Source of the DNA: Fistulifera solaris
Lineage: Eukaryota
Direction of reading: 5' to 3'
DNA length: 64,000 bases
Assembly (NCBI GenBank): GCA_030295235.1
Contig: AP026134.1
Coordinates: 1,240,001-1,304,000 of the forward strand
A program made the position numbers and the translations under genes. Positions 12,382 through 25,306 of the stretch are shown piece after piece; the stretch's first letter is position 1, and the number at the start of each line of letters is the position of its first letter. Under the pieces are notes generated by a model. That model was given only the letters and a program-made list of their open reading frames with translations, was not told where the DNA came from and ran no database searches.

Positions 12382-12750
12382 GTATCAGATCAGAGGCGCT
12401 TCAAATCGTTGCTTTCTCTTCTATAACAGTTTGACGATCTCGATGAAAAGCAGCAATGAGCCTATATAGTTTCATCTTCTTACAGCAATCGACGACAAGT
12501 ACCGGTACCGTACCGGTAGGTAGAAAGAACAAAAGGCACACTATCGTACCGGTACCCTTCGTTTTCTTCTCTTTAATAAAACGAAAATTTACTCTCTAAG
12601 CTTATAGATTATTCCTAATTTCCTAACGTCAGATTGTAATCTTGACATTCGACTGAATTTTCCATTTTTCATCTCATTTTTTCACATACGGAGTATATTT
12701 CAGTCTAACACTTCGCTGAGTAGACTTTGGTTCTAACTCTAGCTCTAGTG

Positions 12751-13040
12751 CTAGTAGAGGGCCAGTCCCGAGCCCGTTTCCCAATAAGGGGGAGTCCGTC
12801 TTGGCATTCCTTCTCTTGGATTCCGCAGAAGCATACTAACTGACCTGACCAGGGAAAGACTCATGCGCGCTCTGATGAAACCACAGATCTCGGAGTATGG
12901 CTTGTTCCACTTCCGCTGAAGTTTTCTTGCAAGTTGTCTCGATGCTGAAATAGCCTGTTGTCCCATCATTCCGTCAATGGAAAAGACCAAGGGAGTGAAG
13001 TCTCGTCTGCGTTCATGGCAATTCTCTTTAATACTTATTG
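12751..13040 (-). mobile_element. 5'-truncated non-LTR retrotransposon fragment (C-terminus of restriction-like endonuclease ORF)
   Basis: Translates to KY(fs)KENCHERRRDFTPLVFSIDGMMG...RQLARKLQRKWNKPYSEICGFIRARMSLSLVRS, the typical C-terminal tail of RLE-bearing LINE ORFs; no upstream RT present. Confidence 0.7.
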
Positions 13041-13144
13041 TACACCTCTAAAGCGAAGGCAGGAGGCAAGCAAGCAGGCGCAGGCAGGCAGGGGAGTGAA
13101 GTACGTCTTGGTACTTTGCACGTTCGCGGAAGCTGCTACGAAAT

Positions 13145-13217
13145 AACGGCGTTAAAATTCTGCATTGTCGTGGACGCTACGTAGAATCTTGTACTGGAGG
13201 CAGAATTTTAACGTCCT
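13145..13217 (+). mobile_element. MITE family A, copy 2 (ends degraded)
   Basis: AACGGCGTTAAAATTCTGCATTGTCGTGGACGCTACGTAGAATCTTGTACTGGAGGCAGAATTTTAACGTCCT. Confidence 0.85.
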
Positions 13218-13332
13218 ATCTTGGTTTTGTTCATTACGGAGCACTCCGTATTATTATTCGCCGTTGAATCATCGCTGCACAGACGAAATGTCGAAATAAT
13301 ATACTTCTCACTATTCACTATTGTTTCTTTCT

Positions 13333-15146
13333 TTATCTCTTCTCTACTCTTATCTTTTCCTCGTTCACGCTTTCAGTCGCTGAGGTTTCCTGCGGAGTGA
13401 CAGCTGTAGCTACGCTTCTCATGAAGCGTCCGTTTTCGCTACGCTGCTTATCAATGGTGGAAGTCAGCGCCAAGTTGTATTCCATGCAATCATGAACCGA
13501 TTCGAATAAAGTAGATGCCCCAGCAAACCAAGTGCGCAAACCCCCTTGACGCCGCATGAGTTTCACCGGCAGTCCCTTGTTTAATCCTTCCTGAGTCCAA
13601 CGCTGGAAGTATGGCCACACTTTCTGCTCATGGATTTCGATGTCTTGAAAGCCGGCAGCCTTCAAATCGTTCAACAGTGTAGCCTCTAATTCTTGGCGGT
13701 ACTCGGTCGTGTTGGGGCGAGACTCTTCTACGTACTGGTAGGAAATTAAAAAGTCGCGATCGCGAGTTCCGACATCTTCTGGAAAAAATATCTTGGCAGA
13801 ATTTCGAACGGTCATGAGGCGGGCCTGCTTCTGGGGATCTAACGAGGTCGTCCACGAGGAAATGGCAACCGGATCCGTAGAATGCTGGCATGAAAACAAG
13901 GTGGTGATAAGATTGGACCGGTCTTGAAGTCCATCAAAGATTTCCTTTTCTTCAGGTCTAGCATCCAAGAATTGCAAGGCATCTTTCAAGTTGCAGGTGA
14001 TGACACAAAAGTCATAGTCATACTTGTGGCCGTCTTTGGTAGTGATCACAACTCTATCATCGGAACGCTCCATTTTGGATATTTCGAAACCTTCCTTCAC
14101 ATTGATGCGGCCAGAATTGTAGATCCATTCCCAATACTGTACAAACCCGTTGCGTAGAATGCTGGCAGGCTGCTTCACCATGCGCAACTTGGTCGCCAAG
14201 AAGCCTTCAATTTCGGCCGGAGCATTCCACCATAAACCGTACAAGGCAGGGACGTGATCGATGTACCCATAACCTTGAACGGTATTGGCGAGAGAAATGA
14301 CAGGAATCAAGTCATCAAATCCATTCTTGATGAGCCACGCTTTGAGATCCATATTGGTCGCACTGATGATATCATTGATTGGTTTGGCAAAGAGGCTATC
14401 ATGTTTTCGGATAAAGCGAAGCATATCAACTGCCACAGCAATCTCGGAAGCAAAGTCCGGAAGAAGGCGGAAAGGGAATTTCTTCTTCTTGCTCGAGATG
14501 AGCCATTCTGTCTGTGTGATGGGTTCTTTATCCGTGTAATCGGCATAGACGTGACGCTCCGGAACAGGAATCTCCTCAAAGAAAACGTTGCCCGTTGCTG
14601 CCGCAATTCGACGTAGTTCTTGGTACTTGTATGGGATTGTATAACACGTTCCAAACTCTTGGGGTACTTCCTTTTCGTAGATATACTCGGTGAACGATTT
14701 TCCAGCGATACGAACATCTTTTTCCAACACGGTTACATGCTGAAAGCCGAGTTCATTAAGTTTGAAAGCCATATGTAAGCCAGCCGGCCCTGCTCCTACA
14801 ATTGCGATCTTGTCGGTAACCTGAGGAGTGTATTCCGGATCCAACAATTCTTCCCACTTATTGAACCTTTGTGCCTTCGATGGGACATAGCCCTCATTGA
14901 GCTTCTTGAGCACTTCTTGTTTCTTCTTAAGCTCCAAGCCTTTCTCTACTCCCTTTCGAACCATAAAAAGAGAGGTCTTTGAGATTTGAGACGTGGTTGG
15001 AGTCAAGAGAGCCGAATCCTTTTCCCAAGAAAAGAACTTGTTGTCTGGGTCGAAGGCTGCGGTGAGGAAACCACAAAAGCCGCACCTGCATCGCATGTCG
15101 AGGCTAGAAGACAAGCGATGGATAGAGTAATAGAAACGTATTTCAT
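13333..15146 (-). CDS. FAD-dependent oxidoreductase, PAI-like polyunsaturated fatty-acid isomerase family, plastid-targeted (indel ~15020)
   Basis: IAIVGAGPAGL, LEK..RIAGK, QGYGYIDHVPALY, W.YF, QG...TWFAG. ATG 15146 gives MKYVSITLSIACLLASTCDAGAA-FVVSSPQ..., which joins the long ORF if one A is added in GGGAAAAGG. Confidence 0.8.
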
Positions 15147-15806
15147 GGTTTAACTTTCTGCTTCTTGTCTGTTTGTGTCGTGTCGGAAGAAAACGACAAA
15201 TCTTTGGCTTGTTGGATCGTTCTCGAGCGAAAACAAAACAAAAACAGAAACGGCATGCATTTTTTGAGCCGGCTAAAGCGAGTGGCGACAACCGACAACC
15301 ACAACCTATGCAATTAGTACACAAATAAACATACTATTTTAAAGATATCTTTAGTGACAATAGATGATTCACGGTTCACGGATTCACTTGCTCATCAGTA
15401 CTTCGATATAAGATGAACTTCGATTACCAAAATATGTCAAAGCTACAGAGCACAACCACAGAACAAGGTACAAGGTAGTAGTATCAAAGTATCAGTCGAG
15501 ACAGAAGCGAACGTCAAACGTTGAAGCACATAGATCTGGATTCTGGATCCTACATCCTACATCCTCCAATCCTGCATGCTGCATGAACCCATGCACATCA
15601 TCACCAATGACTTGTTGTTGAACACTGGGTCTCTCTAGACGTAGATAACTTTAGTATTGGTATCTTTTAGACTGCCAAAGGGTTTGACACTGAATCCTGC
15701 ATGGAGCTTTTCGTAGCTTGAAACGACATGGCTGATTATTCGCTCCAGAATAATCATTTTCGGCAGGGTCTCATTGAAAATCTCGTTGGATCGACAAGTA
15801 ATTCAC

Positions 15807-17329
15807 ATGAAGCTCTTAACTCACCAGTATTCTCTATTCGGCCTCTTCTCGGCCTCTTTGCTCTTGACTACAAGAGCCTTCCATCTCGGCCCTCCTCGTC
15901 TTCCTACACGCTCTTCTTTTCCGATCCATAATCATGTTGGGTTGAACACAAGGTGCCTCATGGCCGCGAGTGTTGCCGACTTGAGTCCTCCTTCCAAGGA
16001 CCAAAGTATCGGAATCATCGGCGGAGGCCCGTCGGGCATCGCTGCTGCTTGGTTCCTGATGCAGAAAGGATATTCGGATGTGACCGTTCTCGAAGGAGCA
16101 AGCGAAGTGGGCGGCAAATGTCGGACAGTAAACTACACTGACTCCAAGGGAAACACCAACAACTACGAACTAGGTGCCGAGTACATCACTTATGCCTACG
16201 ACACCTTGTTCGACTTCATGGATGATGTCGGAGAGAAATGGGTCCCTGCAGGAGGAATAGAAGTCATTTTGGGCGGGGGCAAGTTCATCGAAGCATTGAA
16301 ATATAGTCCGATCCACAAGGTTCTTCCGGCAGCAATAAAATATCTCCTTATTCTTATCAAGTATCGCAACATCATTTCCAACCCAAGTAACGCAGGCATT
16401 GCAGCAATTCCATTTCTTTCCCAAAGTTCTGACGACTTCATCGAGAAGGAGGGGCTACAAGCTCTCAAACCGATCTTCCTAGTTCGACAATTTGGATATG
16501 GGCCTTTCCCTCAATTTCCTACCATCAATTTGCTTCGAACTGTACCTTTACCCACTCTGCTGCGTTCGCTTGGTGAACAGATTCCGATTGTCAAGAATTT
16601 CTTCAAGCGTCCGATTGCGGCTTTGGCCGTTGATGGTACACAAGGATTATTCCAGAAGATGGCCGTCTCGCTAAACGAGAAGAAGTCCGCCGCTGGCCAG
16701 TCCGGTGATGCAGTTTTAGTGGGACAAAAGGTCACGGCTATGACGCAAAAGAACGGCAAGATTGTTGTTGACACCGCCTCTGGCCAAAAGCACACGTTCG
16801 ATAAAGTCATTTGTGCTATTCCTCCAGATGTTGTTGAAAAGCTTTTTAAGTTTTCAGAAGAAGAGAGCAATTTGATGAAAATGATTGGCTACGATCCCTA
16901 CTTTGTGGCCTGCATCGATCCGGACTACAACTTGGAGCGTGCCTACTACCAGAATCTTGAAACTCTCGAGGATGATCCAGTACAGTTCAGCAAGCGATGG
17001 ACGGATAGTGCTATCGTAGCTTACGGTTACAACTGGAAGACTGCCGAGAAGGTTTTAAACAAGAAGAATCTCGAAAAGCTTCACTGTGAATTGTCGAATT
17101 ATTGCAAGAACAACATGAATATTAATTCTTTTCATTCATGCCAAATCCGGCTTTGTGGGAAACATACCATCCCAACGTCCCAATCGAAGCGTATCAAGAT
17201 GGATATTACGACAAACTTGAAGCTATTCAGGGAAAGTATGGCTTGTACCTGACGGGGGACGGCATGGCAGCCGAAAGTATGGAATACAGCTGCAAGTACT
17301 CGAAACAACTTATTGATCGTTTCTTTTAA
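15807..17329 (+). CDS. FAD-dependent oxidoreductase, PAI-like polyunsaturated fatty-acid isomerase family, plastid-targeted (indel ~17130)
   Basis: SKDQSIGIIGGGPSG, VGGKC, YELGA, FGYG, DGTQGLF, and C-terminus YYDKLEAIQG...CKYSKQLIDRFF (ORF 17138..17329). Presequence ...LLLTTRA-FHL. Confidence 0.85.
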
Positions 17330-17653
17330 GGGTTGCTAACAGGGAGCACAAACAACAGAATTAGCAAAAACATAGGACGTAAGGCTAGCTGTCAATCATT
17401 GATTCTATGGTGGTTTTTGAGAATGAATCAATAAAAAATGAATTATATTATTAAGTCGACAACCAAGCGTGAAAGGCATCGCGGACCAATTTGACTCCTC
17501 TAGGAAATTAATTCATGACTGAAATCCAGTCGGGTTTACAAAATTGAATTAATTCAACGACTCAACATCATTATTGCAATTGATCTTATAATATTGCGCT
17601 TTTTCTTAATTATTTGCTTTTATTGCTTCTAATCGTTGCTATACCTCTACAGA

Positions 17654-18114
17654 ATGAGTGAAGTACGCGCTGGTACGTTCACCGGTTGTCTTTCTATCGA
17701 TTTCTTCGCATCTTACTCTGAAAGATAGTTATCTTCAACAACAACAATGACATTCTTACACATTTACAATGCGCGCTATCTCTCTACAGCACATTTGTTG
17801 ATCAAACACACCAACAGTCGTAATCCTGTATCGAGACGAACGGGTCAGACGGTCACGCTCACTCCAACAGAGGCACAAAAGAATTGGAATCGTATCAACA
17901 AGCGCTACTGCAGAAAGGATTGTCGCAATTCCCCGAGTACGCCAAACAACGTTCCGATTGTAGTTCGTATCAAAATGGCGGTGACTTGGGTTTCTTCGGG
18001 CGTGGAACTATGCAAAAGCCTTTTGAGGAAGCGGCATTTGCTTTGGAGCCCGGACAAATGAGTGGCATTGTGTCGACGGATAGTGGATATCATTTGGTGT
18101 ATCGTATTGAATGA
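17654..18114 (+). CDS. PIN1: Pin1-type parvulin PPIase, no WW domain
   Basis: MSEVRA|AHLLIKH..SRNP.S (intron 17673..17789), RSDCSS...GGDLGFFGRG.MQKPFE.AAFAL; A-run indel ~17878. Confidence 0.9.
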
Positions 18115-18310
18115 TGGACTTATTAACAATGGATGCTCATGGGTGCGGAAATCAAACGAAATACTCTAGAAAGACCGACTCTGCAAAACTGGTTTTAAGT
18201 TCTAGACTTACATCTCATTTTTTAATATTTGCAATAAATCTGTGTCTAGCCAAACAACTACCTCTTCTTTCGTATTCCCTCATTATTTAGAGAGCCGTGT
18301 ATGTTTGATT

Positions 18311-21128
18311 TCATCTTTCGCCACCACTTCGGTTGCGCTGTGTCCCTCGACCATTCATCATGCTCGCGTGGGTCCATCCTCCTCGACCTCCTCCCCGGCC
18401 GCGCTGCGTCCCTCGACCAGCGGTGCCTCGTTCGCGACTTGTGGAGACAGCACGATAGTTGTTTGTCGAATTATTATTTGTGGTAGGACGAGTTCGTGCC
18501 AGCACTTGATTCGGTTGCGGTAAAGATATTTCCATTTCGCGACGAAACGAGGTATCGCACAGAATGCAGGTTGTGACGAAAGAACCCAGATGCGGTGGTA
18601 CACTCCCACGTTTCCATGTAAACTTCATTTTCAACACCAAATGACCGGGCCTCGAACAGGTCGCACAAAGGCCATCTTCATTCTCATTTGAGGTAACATC
18701 AAGCACAGTCACTTCCTCGCACTCCTTGGGCAGCCAAATGGAATACGGACACCGATTACCGCGCTGAAAGTGAGTGCAGGATACTACGTAACCACGCGAC
18801 GTTTTGCGCAAGGTTACACTTTGGGTCGGATTGCCTTGACTGGCACAAAAGGGACAATGGAACAAGGTCACGTCGGGTGTCCCGAGCGACAATGGACATT
18901 CTATGTTGGTACAATTCAAGCAGCGAAAATCGGGAGCGTGACCTGGTGGTGGATTTGAAAAACAATGCGGACAAACATTGTACCCACTTCCCGTATAACC
19001 ATCCCCAGTAGTAATTTGGACCACCTGATACTGACACAAGGGACAAATGACTGGTTGGTTTTGTGCATCTCGTTTCGGTTGTGGTATTCCGCGCGGCAAT
19101 GCCCAAGTCCGTGAGCAAGATGCACAATGCAGCATCTTTCGTGTCACTCGCCCTTGTATGTTGTGCTTCAATGTCATAGGATGACGGCACGTCCCACATA
19201 ACGTGAACTGCTCTTGCACAACAGTACTTGTATCCCCAAGCGATTGATAGTGCCGCGCCACGGCACGGTCAAGTAAATGAGCTTCTTGGACCGCAGTTCG
19301 ATAGCACTGTTGCATTTTCTCCAACAACCGAAGTACCACTTCTTCTGCAGTCTTTTGACCCGCCGCAATTAGATTGCATTCCGCTTCCGTTTCGCGTCGT
19401 AGATCCGGTTTATTCAATTGATAGCCCATACTGTTGTACCCTTCCACCAAAGCAATGCCCAATTGAGTCGGCGAGAATTTTAAGTTGCCGTCTTTAACTG
19501 CGTATTCTCTATCTTGAATGGTGGCAATGTGTTGTGCAATCGTAGCGTCCGTCCCAATACCGTGTCGATCCATCAAAGAGATCAATTCTACTTCAGATAG
19601 AGGCGAGGGCGGCGTAGTACGGCCCTCTTTCATTGTCAAGGATGTGGGCCGTATCCGACTTCCGACTGGTAACGATGGTAGTTCTCCTTGTCCTGTAGAC
19701 CAGCGTTCCCATGGTCGATAGGCATCAAGCCAGTTACGTTCTAAAACCATAAGACCCGTAGCTTGAAATTCCTCTTCTCCCATGCGAACCACTAATTGCG
19801 TTTCCCGCCCTACTGCATCTCGAGAACAGCAGGCTAAATAATGCTTGACGACCAGTTCATACACACGTCGCTGCTGATGATTGCCAATAGAAGCGGGATC
19901 TACAGCTTTACAGGGTGTAATGGGCGGATGTGCTTGATCGTCGTTCGGACCAGCACGCGGATTTTGGAAATGTCCTGGTAGTAGCAATCGCTGCGCCAAC
20001 TCTCCCATTTCTCCTGGCATGGTTGCCAACTGTTCCAAGAGCGGTCGATGTTGGAATTCGGGACGGAAGCGCTCTGTTTCCGTTCTCGGGTAAGAAATGT
20101 ATCCTTGTTGATACAGTTCTTCCGCCGCCGTCATCAACTGTTCACTGCTAATCTGCAGGAAACGACTCGCCCGTTTTTGCAACTCTACCGTTGCCAGCGG
20201 AACCGGACGCCATTTATGCTTCGGTCGACCGTTTGCAGATATAACAATAGCGTCTTGAGCATCGAGGCAGGCTTCGTATAATATGAGTGTAGTTAGTTGA
20301 TCGTACAATCGAGTGCGCTTCCATTGAAAGATGATAGGCCGAGCGTTCGCCTCGTCTGCCGTCAAGGTCAATTCTAAAAACCAGAAATCTTCCGGTGCAA
20401 AGGTTTGTATTCTAGCCCATCGCTCTACTACAAATCCCAATGTAGGGGAATTGACAGGGCCCGTACGAAACGACCCCTTCTGTCGGCAAGACAAATTGTC
20501 GTTGCAATCGTTTGGTTTGAAAGCGCGTAAAGGCCGCTCCAACTCGTAAATCTAATTCCATTCTCGCCTGTACTGCCTTGACATGATGTTCATTGAGTCT
20601 TCCCAGTGATCGCAATGCGGATTGTATTTCTTGCGGCAGAACTGTACTAAATCGAGCTCGATAAATCGGCATTTGAGGGTGTACTTGTAATAGTACGGTG
20701 CGCACTTCATCCCCAATGGCTTCTCCTTCTCGATCGCAATCGAGCCATAATATACAAGCTTGTACCTCCCGCGCTAGCTGTTGTAAATTGCGGAAGATCG
20801 GTTGCATATCTTCTTTGTATTGTGTTTCTAAAGGAACTTGCGGTGTTAAAAGAACACTCGGATCGCATTTACTCCATCCGTACGCTTCCGGGAAATCGAT
20901 ACTTGCTAAATGCCCGCGTACACTCGTCGTAATCATAGTATGTGATACAATAGGACCGTCTAATCGCACGCCATTGCCTTGTTGGAAAATCTGAGGAAAA
21001 TCGACACGTTCGTGACGAAAGACTTGTATGTTGTGATTCCGTTGCATGTCGCTTTGACGTCCAAAGACTTGCGCCAAAGAACGAGCGACGCTGGGTTTCT
21101 CGGCTACATTTAATACTTTGATAGTCAT
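18311..21128 (-). CDS. TOP3A: DNA topoisomerase III alpha (indel ~20446)
   Basis: VLNVAEKPSVA, LWLDCDREGE, SYGPCQFPTLGFV, GYISYPRTET, GIGTDAT, C-terminal Zn ribbons and RGG tail. Confidence 0.95.
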
Positions 21129-21537
21129 TCTCGTATATCAAAGAAAAGCTATGAAAGGAATGCAAGAATAAGGAAACTTCCTTGCGTCTTTTCTCTCTTT
21201 TTTTTTTTTTGATCTCGTCGTGCGATTTTGTCAACGCGACGAAAGATGGGAGGAAGGAACAAAAGGAATGAGGCGCACCGAAACAAATGACGGACTGGTA
21301 CCCGATGTAGGTATGATTTTTGAAGGACGTTTTCTAGATAATATATTGATTTTCGTATTTCCGTTGGTGTACGCCGGACACTCCTCAGCTTTTTTGCCGC
21401 CGTCACACCTTTTGTACTCTGTGCGGCGGTTGAGAGAGCAACATTGCAACGCTACTGCTCCTTCATGTATCCTTCCATCATTCATCATTCTATCGGTTAC
21501 AACTGAGTTTTTACAATTGATTACAACAATCAACAGC

Positions 21538-23203
21538 ATGGGAACTCCCTTGACTGGTATACTCACCTATACAGTGAGTCGTGACGAAGACGATGCAGTC
21601 GAAAGGATCGCGAATCATCATCAGCAGCAGCAGGAGCAATTGAATGCGCAAACGCCCGATGATATTACGTCGACACCGCAACACAAGCAACAAACGGCAG
21701 AGGATGATGATGTCAGTATTCCTTCAGTTCCTTCTCTGCCTTCACCATATTCTCCGCCTTCGCATTCATTAATGAGTGCAACAGAAGAATGGATGATGCG
21801 GCGTCGCTCCCGTACGAATGCAACAAATAGTTTGCATTATCACAGAAAGACTCAGACAAGTAACAATGACAACAAACTACCCGATCTCATTCAGACAGCA
21901 TCTTCATCATGGCACGAAGACGACGATGACGACGACGAAGAACATCCGATTCTCATACAACAAAAACAATCACTACAAAAGCAAAAAGCCGAATGTCAAA
22001 AACTTTCCAAAGAAAATCATGAATTAAAACACCAACTGCAGAAGCAGACGCATACTCTGTTACAGCGATCGCGGGATCATGAACAAAGGCAAAAGGCACT
22101 GCAACAAAAATGGCAATCCGCACTCTTGCAACTGGATAAGGCCAAAGCTATGAATCATGAATTGAAAACGAATTTTCAGAAACAACTTCAACAGGTACAA
22201 GTAAAAGCCGACGACTGGCAACAACAGTATCAGCAATTGCAAGAACAGCATCAACAGCAGCAATCGCGAAGAGGAAAACTTGTCAAAGAGTCCGTGAATG
22301 CGGCCTGTCAAACCGATATTATTCCAGCGACCATGCGCCCCCCACAGAACGCGGTGGCGTGTCAAACGGAATCATCGAAATACGCTTGTAGCAGCATTGC
22401 GTGTCAGACAGATGAGATACCTGCAGTACCAACAATCGATGTAGGAACACAAACGGATCCCACACAATTCGTATCGACATTGGAAGAACGATTGGGAAGA
22501 ATCCGAGATGCTGCCGAACGAGCTGCGTTGGTTCAAGAACACCAGATGGCATTGCAGCAGATGCAAACGACTCACGATGAAGAAATGGAACGCCTGGAGA
22601 AACAGCACGAGGCCGCCTTGGCGCAAATGGTACAACAGGCGCGACAGCATGTTCAAGAACAAGTGGCGGAGCATCAACAAAAGATGGAACAACAACACGC
22701 TACGAAGTTGGCAGCTTTGGAAGCCAAGCATCAAGCCGAACTTTTTCGTGTACGTCTTTCTTTTGTCTTTTTTTCAATATGACGTTGGCTGACCTCACAC
22801 TGTGACTTTGCAGATTCGACAGGAATACGAAAAAAGTGCCAACGTGGCAGAGGAAGTCATGCGAGCAGCCGTATCCGAGGCCAATACCACCGCTCAACAA
22901 TTGCAACGCGAAATGGAAGCACGCGCCGCTCTAGAGAAGCAACTAGAACAAATTCAAAGGCAACAACATGATCACTCGCACGAGCGACAATTGCTGCTTT
23001 CCATTCAAGAAGAATGCAATGCCATTTTCAATCGACAGCGTGGTGTTAAGACTTCGGAGCCTGCTGTTGTTTCGCCTCTGAAAAAGTCAGAGTCCACGAC
23101 ATGGGCAGAAACGGATCGTACCTTGGGTGATTTGGAAGCATTGGTGGCGTCTTTGACTAAAAAAATAGACTATAGGCACATCATTTTGTTGAAGCATGGA
23201 TAG
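21538..23203 (+). CDS. Gln-rich coiled-coil protein (intron ~22749..22813)
   Basis: Long heptad-rich ORF; GTACGT...TTGCAG joins ORF 22802..23203; repeated ACQT motif. Confidence 0.7.
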
Positions 23204-23285
23204 ACTTAGTCGTGTAATGCTATGGGAGTTTAAAGCGACGTGGAAACTGGACATAAAGTAACTTGTACATCAAGCTTATCCCCGC

Positions 23286-24447
23286 TCAGTTCGGCTCGCT
23301 GGAAATCAAAATATCCAAAACTTTTTCGCGACCATTGTCTTCTTGCCACAAATCGAAGATTCGGATCGAATCAATAATGTCTTTCTGGTCGACCTTGGAA
23401 ACAGTTCCAAAAGTAGCACTGAAGGGCATCGTCATGTAAGGTAAGTACCAGCCGTAAGAACTTGCTGCGCTAGAATGAAGCGTGCGTACTGCAGTGCAAT
23501 GGACTCACTAGGAGGACCGCGTACGTTGACACGAGCTTGTGGGAATCTCTTTTGTAAGTAAAGTTGCAAAGCGTCGACTACAATCGCGCAGCGACTTTTC
23601 TCATCTTGAAAGTCCTGGATGACGATACCGATCGAAGATGCCGCGTCTGAAATCAGGTCGGCCAAGGCAGCGAAGCGAGCATATCCATAGTTGAGATGAG
23701 GAGTCTTTTCCAGAATATCTCCGCAGCGGAAATGAAGAGCGACATCGTCCACTTCTACTTTCGGAACCAGGGGAGACGAAGATACCACACCAGTCTGCAA
23801 CTGGCGATCAACGTTGGTTCCGGACGAACGGGCATGTATTCCTACCAGAGAAATCGCCATGCGCCGAAGATTGTTGCGCAGATCCTCCAGGATAGACCCT
23901 TCCAAAAACCAAACAGGCTTACAGGCGGCCTCACGATTTATATCCCATGCCGTTTGTGCTTCAAACGTCCCCATCGCCCAAGGGAGAATCAAATTGTGCA
24001 TTGTATCCGCAGCATCAATACATTCCATTTGAAGTTCACATATCCGATGAGGCTCGCGGCTCTGCGTAGATTGTACACGAACAGCAGCCATTTGCCTGTA
24101 CTGAAGTTGGAGTGATCGTGTAGATCTTGACAATTGAATGCGTAGCGTACTCGTAGCGGCACTTGGGACACATCATTCCTTTCTCGCAAGTCGCGACAAA
24201 GTATGAGCTGACTGTTGTGAAAGAACTCTTGAATGTGCTCTTCGGCGTGATCTGGGTTATAGCTTAAATGAAAAGTTTCTTCAGGATTCAACGACGCAGA
24301 AGCAGAGGTTTTCATAATCTTGGTAGAAACATTGAAGAAAATATACTTCATTGCAAGTTCACCTTGCGTAGAAACTAACACAATCGCCAGGGGAACTATC
24401 AAGATAACAAAAAGCAACGAGCTTCGTGTGTTGTAAGTTATCATCAT
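23286..24447 (-). CDS. Fucosyltransferase-like (GT11-like H.RCGD) type II membrane protein, two or more frame breaks; possible pseudogene
   Basis: N-terminal TM; DDVALHFRCGD; ARFILA; the C-terminal frame ATFGT...ILISSEPN* ends at 23286. Confidence 0.55.
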
Positions 24448-24821
24448 CCTGCGTTGTTTACGATAGAACTAGAAAACAATATTATTGCTGGTACGGAAGA
24501 AGGCAACGGTAATGATCAATTGGATCAATTGTTTTATTGACGATGGAAGACACATGCATTGACTAATCGCAGTAATCAGCATTCCACGGGCGACAGAAGA
24601 CAGAAGACTGAACAGTGGCAGCGACACTTGTCGGAGTTCGATACAAAGTACAATTCAAAGACGGCGCGAGAGACACGACTATTGACTACTTGGTCACCGG
24701 TCTGGTCATTCCAATAACTAAAAAATTAATTATGGTTGAAGGACAAGAAAAGCCATCGCCATTAGCTGGACTCCTGGATTCCCCTCTAGGCCTCTAGGCC
24801 TCTAGGATCCCCAATCCCCAG

Positions 24822-24900
24822 GACGGTGCGGGAAATTGTGTACTTTCGCGTAGGCCCCCGTAGAGAAATGTACCAAGCAGAGGTGCGTTCCCGTGTCTCC
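24822..24900 (+). mobile_element. 79-bp MITE-like element, family B, copy 2 (TSD CAG)
   Basis: Identical to copy 1 except 2 nt near the left end; CAG at 24819-24821 and 24901-24903. Confidence 0.75.
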
Positions 24901-25306
24901 CAGTCCCAAGTAAGTAGTATTTAAGCCTTTGAAGTTTAGACTTTAGACTGACCAGACTATACTAGACTCTCTAGAGAGACAAAGTCCGCACCCTCTGACC
25001 TCTGAAGGACTGAATCTCAAGTATCGGGTACAGTATCTGTGAGCTCATAATTCATAACCTAATTATTGGACACAGTCATAGGGCTGGCTTTTCAGTTCAA
25101 TGAATAATACCCTATACTTTGTATTGTCTTAAGAGTGGTCACTCTAGTCACTACCGCCGGAAATTGTTTTTGCCACATAACCTGTATGTTTACACCCAAT
25201 ACTCTAAAGGGATGAAGAACGTATCTTTGTTTTGAAAATGGGGCAAACATACCAGGTACCGGTCCCCGAAAAATGGAGTGAGAAACAACAAACAACACAC
25301 ACCCAG

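Noticed and set aside
15096..15324. Cys-rich N-terminus (MCTNC.../MRCRCGFC) of the 663-aa ORF as a metal-binding or lipidated domain
   Set aside because: Artefact of an open frame. A better signal+transit peptide starts at ATG 15146 in another frame.
24783..24806. (CCTCTAGG)3 and similar CTCTAG repeats at 1404-1435; TCCTACA repeat ~15548
   Set aside because: Short simple repeats, too short to be telomeric or otherwise interpretable.
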